A stretch of DNA of 64,000 nt from Epithemia pelagica. Its lineage: Eukaryota; Protista; Bacillariophyta. Where the stretch lies: NCBI GenBank assembly GCA_946965045.2, contig OX337230.1, forward strand, positions 3,100,001 through 3,164,000. The letters run 5' to 3'. Both the position numbers and the translations under genes were made by a program. The notes beneath the pieces were generated by a model. It ran no database searches. It was not told where the DNA came from and saw nothing but the letters and a program-made list of their open reading frames with translations. Below, piece by piece: positions 10,931 to 23,843 of the stretch; position 1 is the first letter of the stretch; each line of letters opens with the position of its first letter.

Positions 10931-13900
10931 TTACACGGTCTCACGGATTTGTACGTCAATAAAGTCTTCATTTGCCGCATTGGATGCATCGTGGTCTGAA
11001 TCCTCCATATCATCTACGGATGCTACATTCCGAGATTCGGGGTTGTAATCCTTGTCAGCTTCGTCCAAGACACCTTTGATGTTCCGAACAAAGGTAGCTT
11101 GTTCTTGTTGTCCACTGCTACCGCTTTTTGATCGACAAAAGAACAAACAGAGTGCCACAAGGCATCCTGCCAAGACACCAGCTCCCACACCTACTATAAG
11201 TATTGGATTCACAGAATCGGGTTCCACATCGCCAGAACAAAAGTCCACGGCGCTTGTTCCGCCAACCCATGTGCAATCCACACCAAGGTGTTCCAACGAG
11301 CCAGTAAAGCCTTGGACTACCTTGGCAAAGCCGTCTTCTTCCAATGGTGATCCGTCGAAATCAAGGTTTCGGCTTATCATTGCTGCAGTGTTACGATCCT
11401 TTGCATTGATCAAGGGAAGCAAAGACTGTGCGCCGACGTATGCCCTGGCATGGTGCAGATCCTTGTCGGCACCATTCCGGTCTTCGTGCAGCGTCACCAA
11501 ATCTTCGAGAGTGGCTTGAACCAGGATTGACCGGAGAACAGGTGTTAATTCCGACGCAGCCTTTTCCAAACCCTCGCAGCTCTGGGCGGTGACGGCACCT
11601 CGCCCAGAATAGAGAAGGGTTTGAATTCTTTCGTTGGCCACTGTCGAACCTCGCATAATATTCCGGCACGTTCGCCAGTCCCCACAGTTCTTCTTGGATA
11701 TTCCCCAAAGAAACATTCCCCCAGTGCGGTCATAGGGTGCGTTAACCACTCCCTCGATGGAACCAACAATATACGCAGCTGCTCTGTTCCATAGTTCTTT
11801 TGCAGCTAGAGGTCGTTCGGCATTGCATTCCTTTACGGCACCATACATTTGCTCCTGTGCTGCCATGTACATGACCAAGTACTGGGCACCCAAGACAACC
11901 ATGACTCGACGTCGATATGGTGGAATTTCGGCCGATCTCAGTCCAGAGTTAATCATGGTATGCGCGTAGTTGTTGTCACTTGAGTAGTATTGAACAAAAT
12001 CATTGTGGTCGGGTACATTGGGTCGTCCAGTGCTCTTGGCAAGGCCTTCAAGACTAGGGGCAGAGACTGAACCAGTACTCCCTACAGCACTCAAATACTT
12101 TCCGAACACATAGAGGTCCTCTGCTGCTTCATAGGCCTCCTGGTCCATCAAGATGTCGAGTAGGCTAATGTCCAAATCCAACGCTGCAAAATCAGCTACA
12201 TCAGCACTTGGTCTGTATCCTGCTAGAGACGCCTGGAAAGGCGGGTCGATACATTCAATAGCCGATTGCTTGTGGGTTCCCACATCTTTGCATGTGAGTT
12301 CCAAACAAGGTAGTAAATTGTAGATCGCTCCAATGATTTCGTCTACTTCAGAAGCATCGTAGTCTCCTGTGATCAGTCTCGTGTACAGATAATCAAAAGT
12401 GTAGGCGTTGCATGGTCTGGCAAGAGGAACAAGACCATGTGCAAATATTCTTACTCGATCGGGGTCATTGTTAATGAGGGCATCAATTAGTCCTTGCGCC
12501 TGGACGACGACCATTTGTGACACAATCATATTCACCGATCGCATAAGTTTTCGAGCAGTTGTTAGATCTGTTGAACATGACTCAGCAAACGAGAGCTCTA
12601 ATCGAGCTTGGTTTAAGAGACGTAAGAACCGAACATTCGCTGATGCCAAACCTGACTCGTCGACGGTGTCAAATTTGCTTGCCAGCCTTTCCGCCAGATT
12701 GTACAACAGGTGTCCCTGATCGGTATTGCCCGCAGTTTCGCCATCTCCGATCCAATAGGCTGCGACAATATCCATGGCATGAATACCATCCTCACCTGCA
12801 ATCATTTGGTTTTTGCAGTTCTGCACAGCCTCAAAGAGCCTGTTTGCAACTTCCATCCAAATATTGAGAGTAACAGCAGCTTCTGCTGGAAGTGTTGAAG
12901 GTTTCTCTTTGTCGAACATTTCCATGACGATCGAATCAGCGTACTGTGCGACTGGTTTCCCGAGAAAATTACCAGCTTCATCCTTCAACGTGTATACGGT
13001 TGTCTGGAAAAGTGGGTTATGTTTCATAGCAAGTGAGGCGTTGGTGGAGAGACCTGAGAGAGATCTGAAAGAAACCTGTATTCCAAACTTATCATACTCG
13101 GCTGAGTTTTCACCACCTTTATAGATGTCGAAAGCGAGTGTCTTCTTGTCAAGCTTCAAAGCGTCTTCCATTTGCTTGATATCCTTCGCAATATCTGCAT
13201 AGTTGTCAACAAAGGTTGTGGATTTGTATATAGTTGTATCTTGTCCCAGAGTAGTAGTGGTGTCAGGATGTGGTGCTATGTTCCTGTCGCACGTGGACAA
13301 ACCACTTTGTAACAAGGTTCCAATGGTATCACACTTGATACCAAGCCCACGAATAACATATTTGAAAGCATCAACAACTTTCTCCAGTCCACCCTGAACT
13401 GATTGCTGACCTGGAACAAACTGAGTGTTTGTGACAATAGTACTTGCACTTGTTTGGTTTAAAGCAGCAATTTGGGGAAGGATGGCTTTCGCAAGCACAT
13501 CGAGTGACGCAAGCTCCTCCTTGCCCGACGCTCCATTTATCGATGCACTCTTTTCAGCAAACATTAGCGTTGCTTGGATGAAAGGGACTGCAAGCATGGG
13601 AATAAGCGTCTCGTCAATGATTTTTGCAGCCGAGTCACAGTCCATTTTGCTGAGCCACTGTTTGATATCTGCGAATGCGAACAATACAAACTCGTTTGCG
13701 CTGGCATCACCTGTCGTTTCACAGGCACCAAGGAAGGAACTACAAACCTCCTTTCCCAATCCCATTAGCATCACACCGCTGCCGGTGGTACTTCCTCCTG
13801 AAGAGGGCCCTTCAATGGATCCAGCGAAAAGAGCCACAGCATTGTCAATAAATGGCCCACCCGGTTGGCTGTTCGCGCAAGCATTCTGAGCAGTTTGAAT

Positions 13901-16900
13901 CCATCCATGCACAGCGAGGTACGACAGAGCTTGGAGAATTCGCTTCGCTGCCGCAGAGTTTTGGAATGCACTAGCACCTGGAAATGGTTCGCTGCCGTCG
14001 CCAAACAGTTGTCCAATGAATTTCTCAATGAAGTTCGACTCGCCAAAATATTCCTTGTACTTGTCAGCGAGTGAACTGGCTTGAGTATTTGTATTGTCGC
14101 CAGCTACTTTTTGGAGTCTTCGAAGCGCGGTTCCGTCTGGACTGTTTCGACCAAAGTCATAGATATCCTTGGCTGTCTCCTTCGCTCCCATTCGCATCAG
14201 AATATGAATTTGGTTAACGTCCAGATCCAATCTGGCCTCTGCTAAAGCAATGCCTCCCGCATCGATCGGATGGCCAACAAGTGACTGGGCACTGTCTATA
14301 GAATCCATCGCCGAACAGAGGTCGTTCTTCAACTTAATGAGATCGTCAAAGCCCGAGTTCGTAGGATCGCTGAGATCCCCACAGGAAATACCTAGACACA
14401 CCAATCCTTTGGCAAGCTCATCCACGATAACGGTCTTCTTGTCCGCAGAGAGAGACGAGAACGTATTTTGGAACAGCGGTCCTTGAATCTCCAAGTAGTC
14501 TCCTGTACTGCAAGAAGCAATGTGCGGAACCAACGCAACAGCAAACATTTCTTCAAAGTTCCGGTCTCCCACGGCATTGTAATACAGCAGCTCTTCCACC
14601 AGAGGAATTGACATCACTCGGGCAATTTCTTTTATCTCTGCACGCATTGCGAGAAAGCTTGGAATACCCTGGGTTTGGCAGTTCTGGAGAATCGTCTTTG
14701 CCTTGTTGAAAAGGTTCATCAGGGTACCGTTCGCTTTTGCCTCGGCTTCATTCATTCCAAAATGTTCCCTTGCCAGTTGGGCAATCGAATACATCATGTA
14801 ACCGCTGTTGAACTTGCCAGAAGCTTGTTCCTCACCGATCCATATCCCGACTGCGGAATCCAGAAAGGTCAGAGCATCGTCTCTGTTATTGGCTCGGCAT
14901 TGCTTCGCCGCTTCATTGAGCTGCCGCAAAATGATGAAAATTGAGTTCATTACCACTGTGGATTCAGCGGCCAAAAGTGCGCTGTTTCCGTTGGATGGTT
15001 TGAGCGCAAGAGAGATCACATTGTTTCCGAAATCCCATGTTTCTCCTGGTGTGTTCTTGAAGTCTTCATCATCGTAGAGAGCATACCGATAAAAATTGTA
15101 GATATCATCCTTCTCCATGATACCTTTCGCTTCTGTGCTCATTTTCTGTAACGTTGACACGTCAGGTAACCCATAGAGTCCACTGGTGAAGCTCTCTCCA
15201 TTTTCGTACTCTGTTTTTGCTGTATTGACATCAGATGCCAACCACATTTTCTTCACATCTTGAGCCACTTTTGCATCGGCGAGGGCCACAGCTTCATTAG
15301 AGAAGGTGAACTTATTAAATCCCAGCTTCTGGTTCGTAGGAGGTAAAACTTTTGGGCCTCCTGGTTCACGAGTAACCTTCACGGGCGCCGGCGTTGGCTG
15401 TGGTGCATAGTTTGGACTGGGCGTTCGAGGATCTTTGTAGGGAGCAGGAAGATCTTTTCCGGCGCACACATCACGGACGATATCATCAGTTCCATGAATT
15501 GCACCGATATCCTCGCAGTCGATCTCCACCGATGAGATGATGGTTTCCATGTCTGAAAACACTGTATCTGTGTCTTGCGAGGTCAAAGACGACACAGTCA
15601 AAGCGCCCTCTATCTCAGATGCTTGCTGCGAGTTGGTTGAAGAAAAGAAGGCAATGACAGCACGAGAATACCCAAAGGCATAGCCAGCTTCGGGACTATC
15701 TGGATCCTGCCCTGCCATGATTAGATTTTCCAGCATGCCTTGACTAAGAGGAATCATGAACTTGAAGAGAAGCCCTTCGTAAATATTACTCAGGCCTGCT
15801 CCTTGGGCGCTTGCCAAGTTCGAAGCACCCGCTTCTAGGTCAAACACAACCTCCCTATTAACAGGTGGGATTGAAGAAGATGACTGACACAAATTGAAAT
15901 CTTGGCACACTTCCTTGGCAAGTCCGTAGAGCGATGCTCCAGGGGCTTTTTTGTCTCCACCATCTTGTGATCCCTCCGTGGAACCAATGAACAGAGCTGC
16001 CCCATTGTCCCAGGCCATTTGAGCCTCTTTCAGTTTGGCGCTTCCACCTGAAAGCAATTCAACGGCTTTGTCAAGCTCATTGGTAATTGCCAGGAACATG
16101 ACAAGCCCTCTAAGTAGCCCCACTACGTATCCTGGCATTTGCCCTGTTTTTATAGTGGAAAAAGTTCCCGCTTTATTCAACGCATCCAGTACCATCTTGT
16201 CGATAAAATCTCGATCATCCGCATTCGCGCCGAAATGAGCGGCTGCCTGCTTGTAAGTATCACTCACACTCCCTGTAGTTTCTCCTGTTGCAAGATCCTT
16301 GAGAGAAAACAGGGTGTTCCATCCATAATTGTAATAATCTCGAGCCGCAAAGACTCCCCCATATTCAAGGAAGTATTCAATTTGCCGAATATCACGATCA
16401 ATATAAGAAGTTTTTCGCACATCGATGGATGGTGTGTATCCAACCATTTGAGTATCACCCGATAAGTCACATTGAGGGATTTCACCATTACGGTATGATC
16501 CGACCATCTCACAAGTTATTCCCAAACAGCTGTATGTAGACTGCACGGCTTTGATGAGTTCTTGTCGATTGGTCGCGTCAACGTTGTTTGTAATGGTCAT
16601 GTCCACCAGTTTGTGAAAGGTGTCCGTGTCGCAGCTACCGACAACAGGTAGAATGGTCAAGGTGTACATCTCAACAAAGTCCGTAGGCTGTTGTGGGTCA
16701 AAGGTCATGATTTTGTGAAGCAGCATTTGTACAAACAACTGAAAGAGGTAGGAGACGAGAGTTTGTACCCTGATTCGTAGTTCCATGTATCCAATGCTGT
16801 CCGGTGAGCTGCACTTATCGCCATTGATATCGACTCGTAACTGACTAAATTCCTCCATAACGTTGGAATTCAAAACAACTTGGGCCCCATCGACTGGGTC

Positions 16901-17669
16901 AATCTGATCAAACCGTGCGCCATCCTCCACATATTGGGCCACACTGTAAAAGAGAAAGCCTGTATTCGCGTCACCTCGTTCTTGGTCGGCTCCAACCCAC
17001 AAGGCAGACGCTTTGTCAAGACTTTGAAGCATGGACGCTTTGTCATTCGTTACACAAGATTTGAGCATATCATAGAGATGACCATAATAGGCCATGGCGA
17101 CGTTAAAGGACAAGGAAGCGTCCGCTTCAATTTGGCTAATGTTGAGTTTGAACAAGTCATTGACAACTGTGTCGGCATACAACTGAACGGATTTTCCATC
17201 AAAGTTTCCGGGACTATCTCCTTCAACCAACTCGCCCAACACGGCAAATCCTTTCTTGTAGAGATTGTACAGCGGATATTCTCCATACTTGGATTGTGCC
17301 TGGTCGCTCAATCCCTTCAAGGTTAAGCTACCCGTATTCTTTGAGCTGCCGCTTGTGTAGATTTGTTTCTTCAAGGTGAAATTCTTGTGAGCCGCTCTCA
17401 TTTCTCCAATGTCATGAGCCAGCATTAATCTGGAGATTGTACAATACAATCAAACGAACAGCACAACAATAACAACAACAACAAGGGAGAGCGAAAAAAT
17501 GAGCAAAGCATGAGTCAATCGCCGTCACACAAACAAAATAAGTACAACTTTCTTTCACATACTCAGCCATGACATCGTTCTCTTGGGTTTGCAACCCCAA
17601 ACTCTCAAAGACGCTTCCCAAAACTGCATGGGAGCACGTCACAAGGAGGACGAAACGTAGAAGCATCAT
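10931..17669 (-). CDS. ~2200-aa type I membrane protein with six FEA1 / low-iron-inducible (phytotransferrin/ISIP2a-like) modules; exons 17669-17563 and 17429-10931
   Basis: Signal peptide MMLLRFVLLVTCSHAVLG in exon 1, joined in phase by a GT-AG intron. Six repeats carry (W/L/F/M)D-x-A-x-A-x-(F/W)-x-G motifs, e.g. AWDNGAALFIGSTEG, FIDNAVALFAGSIEG, LDKASALWVG, and end in LGIxCxxIG-like motifs. C-terminal TM ILIVGVGAGVLAGCLVALCLFFC, then an acidic tail. Confidence 0.8.
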
Positions 17670-18967
17670 AACGGAATCCTTGCAGGTGGTCGATCTGTCA
17701 TTTAGGTGCTGTCACACAAAGGTGCGAATCAATTCTGTGCTGCTGTGTTACAGGATGCTGCAGCAAGCGTCTAACCAGGCAAGAAGGGAGCCTTTTCTGG
17801 TCGTCTAGCCTTGGGAATAGGAAGATGAAGACAACCACACCAAGAAGGTAACCACCAAGGCGAAGAGGTGAGAGATGCCCGCAGAGGTCCGTCGGGGGTC
17901 ACTCTCGCGACTCCCTCCCGACTCCAAAGTCCCAAGAGCCGGTAGTGATTGTACGTAAGACTCAACGGGAAAAAGACGAAATCGAATGGGAGTGAGACCC
18001 AGACCAATCCCAGAATTCCAAGCGTTTGCATATTTTACGATTTGTCATTCTCAATTAGAGAGGAAAACGATCGTAGCGCTTAAGTGTGATACACGTCAAA
18101 CTTCTCGACGGATGGTCGCGGTGTATCTCAATATTCGTTCACAAGAATATATTCATGTTCTCGCTAGGATTTGAATCACGAGAATCTCGCTTGCCCAGCC
18201 AAACCGCGGTATAAAAATCCTTTTTTGTAAGAGTACTCGTAGTGTACGAGTACGAGTACGAGTACGGATTGGTAATTGCTAGGAGTACAAAGAAAAAATC
18301 TGGCCCAGCAGAAGATCGAGAAACCTTACGAATTTTTCGGTTAACAAGATCCCGTCCTCTAAACTTGACTCAAAAACATGAGCCCAACACGAGCACAAAG
18401 CAGACAAACCTAAGGCTAAGGCGGTGATCGGTGATCATCAATCATCACGCTACTACAACTACAACGGTATGGCGGCGGTCCGGGCATATTCCGATGGAAA
18501 CCTGAACTTCTCTAGGAAGGATTCTAGGACCATGGCGCCTTGTTGTAGTCCAAGTAGATCCTTGGACTCTACATTACGGTTACAGGAGACACAATACTTG
18601 TACCCGCGAAACGTAAACGCATCTCTTGCATTCCCCTCAAAGCACTTTAGTACTTACGGTATTTGAAAAGCAACCATCTTACTCCGACAATTTCATGCTT
18701 CATCTCCTTCTCCTCGACGTTCCAGAGAACTACCTAATTGAATGGCTTTTCTCTTGGAAGAAGGGGTGAACCTTTCGTTATTCCAACAGTCATCTAGGAG
18801 GAGCATTTTGTCAATAGAGGAGTACTCTTGCTCTGGAGCTGGAGGAGTAGCACTCCTTGTACACATTATCAGGTCCTGCTCTTGCACGGATTATATGTGC
18901 GACTCAGTTTTTTCCGACCGCCAACCCGAACACCGCCGGTCATTGGACCCATATCATCATCAATGTG

Positions 18968-19983
18968 ATGAGCAACATGCAAACCACCCATGTGAATGAA
19001 AGTGCCACCCATATGAATGAAAGTGATGAGCAGATCCAATACGATCGTTTCGTAAGACCAAAACTGAAAGAAGAGATTGTCAGACAAGTTTTGCGGAAAA
19101 AACTAGCAAAACAACGACATGTTGTTCTTCCCAAGGCTATTGATCCCACGTACTTGGATTCCCTGTTTCCCAGAATGTTGGAACTATTTGAACCCCAAAC
19201 AGTCAATTACAACGGAGGAATTGGGAACGTGCCCAAATGGAAAATTTCATGCTATTTAGAAGTTATGGATGGAGGCGTTCCCACCACCAACCCAAACTTG
19301 CAGCTATTGGATCTGTTCTCACCTCTCTTGTCGGCTTGTAATCAAATATTCATGGACTGGTATCGACAACAACAAGCCTGTAACGATAGAAAAACGTCAA
19401 CACCTATCGAAGATTGTCACAGATTAATGACTTTTCTCACTCGCTACACACCTGCTCCTGGTGAACAAGCGTTGCTAAAGGTATGAGAGATTGTGAATAT
19501 GCTTGCTCCTTGCGGAATCGTTCGTACTGTTTGCTGACTGTATACGCTCCGATTATCATGACCAACAGCACGTGGATGGCGCCGGGAAAGTGGATGGTTC
19601 TATCGTAGTTGCCTTGCCTGTCGATCGCTGGTCAGCTTCTGAGGACGAGAATGCATTTGAAGGCGGCGGTTTAACGTTTTGGGATGGACCCAAGCAAGAT
19701 GAGATTCGGTACGATACCCGTTCGGGTGATCTTGCCCTAATCGATCGGTACGTGCATGTTACTTTTCCTCCTCTTCTGCTCTACGGTCGTGCACTAAACA
19801 CCCCACTCAATACCACCGCACGACTTTCCAATTTAATGACAAAGGGCGGTTTGGCATCAAGCAAATCCAATCACCAAAGGGACCCGATGGGCGCTTGTCA
19901 TCTTCTATAAAGTCATTCGAAGGACTGACGAGTCATTTTCTCTCGCAATCTCGGAGCCCGGTCGAAATGACGCCGTTGTGTGA
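18968..19983 (+). CDS. 2-oxoglutarate/Fe(II) dioxygenase (prolyl-hydroxylase-like); exons 18968-19480, 19569-19747, 19845-19983; start uncertain
   Basis: Spliced product has HxD (KHVDG), FEGGGLTF, distal His (VWHQANP) and the 2OG-binding Arg (GTRWALVIFY). Confidence 0.75.
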
Positions 19984-20517
19984 GAGCAGTTAGCAGTGCT
20001 CTTTGATGTCGGTGAAGATGCAGCTGTTACCTACAATGAATCCTATTTCTTGTCGGTATGTTCATCGTTATCAAAATCCTTACCATATCATTTGCGCAGT
20101 TCTTACGGTGTCTGTCCTCTTGACGTGAATGAGACCCTTTTCTTTGTTTTCGCTGGAGCCTTGGCAGAAAACGCAAAGCCTCTGGAAAAGTACTTCTCTG
20201 TGCGGACCCAGGAACGACGTAATTTGTGTTCTACGGGTAGTAGAGACCGTAACCTAAAGATCACGTTTTCAAACTGGTGGCTGCGAAAACGCACAACACA
20301 TCCTCATGCAACGATACTCACGCACATACTGCGTCGCTCATGTTCATGAATTGTTAGAACATGCATTCAAGCGGCTTCTGGTGTTGGTAAGAGGATGCTA
20401 GATCAGGACTGTTACACTAGCAAAAAGAGAACGCGCTCATTGCGCTTTTGGTGCTATCAAAAAAATCTCCTGAGGTCGGATTGAAACGCCCAGAGCAGAG
20501 AAAAACAAACTCAGTGC

Positions 20518-21107
20518 TTATTCCCAGCCTTCTCCCGAGGACTTGATAACGTAAGCGGCGACATTGGCAATGTCCTCGTCAGAGAGACGTCCGCCAAAGG
20601 CAGGCATCGCGTTCTTTCCGTTGGTGACTTGAGTCATAACTGCCTTTTCGTTGTATCCTCCGGTCAAGTAAGATTCAAGAGCTTCCTTTTCCAATGTCTT
20701 TTCGGGCATGATCACATTTTGTCCACCGGCGTGGCAAGCAGCGCAGTTGGCGTTGAAGACGGTCTCACCGGCACCGGCATCAGCGGCAAGGACGGGAGAA
20801 GTGGCAACAACGGCGGCGGCAGCACCAACAACGGCACCCTTGGCAACCTGAAAAGACAAAACCAAGTTGATATTATGAGTCGCAGAATCTTAGCGATATC
20901 GTCTCGTGCCTGCCACGCGCCGCGGAAAAGGTTTGTTTCCGTGTTCCATGATGATTGCTCAACTCCGTAACTCGGATCCTACTGCAACAATGGAGATATC
21001 CTTTCAGTCTGGGTCAGTCAAACGATCCAATCTCTTCTTACCTGTTGAGGGTTGACACTGAAGGCGGAGGCAGAGGCAAGGAGTGTGGCGGCAACAGCGA
21101 TCTTCAT
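20518..21107 (-). CDS. petJ: Nucleus-encoded cytochrome c6; exons 21107-21042 and 20847-20518 (131 aa)
   Basis: Signal peptide with diatom ASA-F cleavage motif, thylakoid signal ending VLA-ADA, heme motif CAACH, KNAMPAFGGRL, VAAYV. Confidence 0.95.
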
Positions 21108-22400
21108 GGTGGATGTATATTGACAATGGGTGAACAAGAGAGACACTAAGAAGAAGCGATCCAAAGAGGTATTCCGATAAAAAGATCGCGGTGCTGTCAA
21201 CGCAGATCGATTGCATGCGTCACGGTACGAGTACTCTTTACGACCACGTCAAGAATTCGTCGAAATCAGTAACGGACACAAGATACGATCCTCAATTTCC
21301 GGGTTAGAATGTTGACTTTGACGTGTCACCAGTCGCGAATAAAATCTATTCATTCTACCTCTCCCAAACTTTTCCTCTGTTCTCTAGTAGTGCTCCTGGA
21401 GTGCTCCTAGGATTGTTGGATTTGGTCCTTGCTACTTGCTGGTGCTAGGCATTTCAAAGCGACCACAAGCACGAAACTCGAGACGAGAAGCATAAGATAT
21501 GGGGAATGGTGACTCTATATCGAATCTACCGCTCTCAAAGACCATCATCGAGCTATCGTTATTGGGGTCGATTCTTTACCTTGATCATCCATTGCTCTCT
21601 GTTTCTCGACAGCAAGAGCGTGTCTTCCAACTGCCATCCAACATCCAATTTGTTTCTCTACCTCTTGTAGTAATCTGTAGACGCCTTTCCTCATCGACAG
21701 ACGAGTTCCTCCAGCTATCTCGCCTCTAGCTAGCTAGGTACTCCTAGTCCTTTTCGAATGAGGACAGACGACGGACAGACATATCTGATGAAGCTTATTC
21801 CACGTGGAGGCTGAGGAACGTTCAGAACGTATTTTGTAACGTGACACGTGATCCAAGTGACACGCCTGAAAATTATGTCCGGAGAATCCGGAATGCGTTC
21901 TGGTTGGCTCTTTCAGGTGATGTCGCCCTTGAGCGTCGATGTCACTGCGATGTCAGGACTACTGAAATTCTTATTCATGTTGAATGGCGATGTCAACTAG
22001 AATATTCACTGTGAGACAGGGTGTAAATGAGTGATGTCAACGATGTAGTTCCATGACACACACATTCTTTTTGACAGCGTGTTGTCGGCCTGACAAAACT
22101 GACACAAATCAGTCACGGTGGGCTGGGGATTGAATAAAGCCCCCCTCCGGGGCAAGGACCAGACAAGTCAAAAAGATAATAGCCTACAAGTGGGACACCG
22201 ACTCCGTCAATCACATCACACGAATTGGCTATGCCCTCTTTCGTGCCGGCTTCGTTCTGCTTTGGGGGTGCCTTCTCTGTCTCCTCGCGGCGACTTTCCT
22301 CATAACGAACTTTTGCTTGTGTTTTGCGTTCGCTGCTTCCTTCTTTGGGACAAGGCCGAGCTTATAGCCGTTCAAGAGGAGCAGCAGACCAGACTAAACC

Positions 22401-23345
22401 ATGACATTAATCACAAAGCAAGCTTCAGAATTGGAACTTGTCAGAACAAGTGATGACAAGCCATCACGATCCTTCACAGTGTATCTTATTCGGCACGGCG
22501 AGGCGAAGCACAATGTGGAAGAGAAACGGGCACAGAAAAACGCATGGAAGAGATGTTGCGAGCGTGGATTGAGCAGGGATCACAGTGAAACTGTTCGAGC
22601 AGTAGACGAAGCTCGAAAATCGGTTTTACGCGATCCTTCATTTTTCGATGCGACGTTAACCGATCAAGGAAAGAGTGAGGCCAGATGTGCTCGCTCCAAT
22701 TTAAGAACTTGCATTAACGAAGGACTTCCCGCCCCGGGACAAGTAATGACCAGCCCTTTACAGCGATGCTTGGGTACTGTTGAGGAACTTTTTCCGGACA
22801 ATAACGTTGACATTAGAGTGGAAGAGCATTTAAGAGAGCGATTGACGGGAAGACCTGCCGACAACAGACATTCTGCGGAGATACTGGAAGAACGGTTTCC
22901 AAGATTCAATTTCGGCAAGCTGAGATCGTTGTCGCAATCGAATATTCTCTCTGACTGTCGCTCAACAGATGAAACATACACGTCGGATTCTTCATCTGCC
23001 TCTGGTTTGGGCATGGCGGACGATAGTACTGAATGTTCCAGGTCAATCAGTCGACAGGGATCCAGTGACTTCTTCGATCGAACTGCAAGCTCAATGAATG
23101 CCGATGTGGAGTTGGAAAATGACAATTCTGTTAGGAAACGTGCGTTCAATCTTTTCAAGCTGCTTGAGGAATCCAATCATGATTCCGTTGCGGTTGTCAC
23201 GCACAAGGGATTTCTCCGTGCGCTGGAGCGGGGTTGTTTTGGTATTTCGGGATCCCCCGAGTTTAAAAACTGTGAGATGCGTGTTTATCGTATCGAGATG
23301 ACACCAGGAAACCTTTTCCTGGACTCTGTCCACCGACTCAGATAG
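22401..23345 (+). CDS. Histidine phosphatase superfamily (phosphoglycerate-mutase-like) protein
   Basis: LIRHGEAKHN, LTDQG, SPLQRCLGT, LRER, VAVVTHKGFL, FKNCE. Confidence 0.85.
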   Translation: MTLITKQASELELVRTSDDKPSRSFTVYLIRHGEAKHNVEEKRAQKNAWKRCCERGLSRDHSETVRAVDEARKSVLRDPSFFDATLTDQGKSEARCARSNLRTCINEGLPAPGQVMTSPLQRCLGTVEELFPDNNVDIRVEEHLRERLTGRPADNRHSAEILEERFPRFNFGKLRSLSQSNILSDCRSTDETYTSDSSSASGLGMADDSTECSRSISRQGSSDFFDRTASSMNADVELENDNSVRKRAFNLFKLLEESNHDSVAVVTHKGFLRALERGCFGISGSPEFKNCEMRVYRIEMTPGNLFLDSVHRLR

Positions 23346-23593
23346 TGGTCCTCCACATCATGTCAATGAAACAAGAAATGATAGATAAGACGCATAATGT
23401 CTATGCGTTCATAATGTCAGATGTCAATACAATGACTAGGTAGTGCTCTTGCATTGTTTTGATCATTACTCCGTCCCCTGTTCGACGAAACCATTCGGAC
23501 ACGATGGATTTCTTAGTTTCGTTAACGGAGAAGGGAAAGCATGAAACGTCGACAAATTCCAACGAGTCGAAATAGGCACTCCTACTAATAGTA

Positions 23594-23797
23594 TTACCAG
23601 TCCTGATCGAGCGAGGCGTGGCGATGGCGCTGGCACTGCACTGAGCGGGCGCGCCGCACAGGCGTGGGCGCGATCTCCCCCAAGATGTGAAGAGCAAGGA
23701 GAGGAAGAGCTCACAATCTTTGGTTTGTGCAGAGTCCCAAGCCATCACACACAGAGACTTGTAAGCGAGTCTCTAGCGTAGTCATCTCTAACAAAAA
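23594..23797 (+). repeat. Split direct repeat A1
   Basis: TTACCAGTCCTGATCGAGCG...GTCATCTCTAACAAAAA is repeated at offset 13272. Confidence 0.95.
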
Positions 23798-23843
23798 GAT
23801 CGATTGTTCCCTTATCTTTGCTGCCGTCTTACGACTATCAACT

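Noticed and set aside
18244-18266. (GTACGA)n short tandem repeat
   Set aside because: Ordinary microsatellite of under four units.
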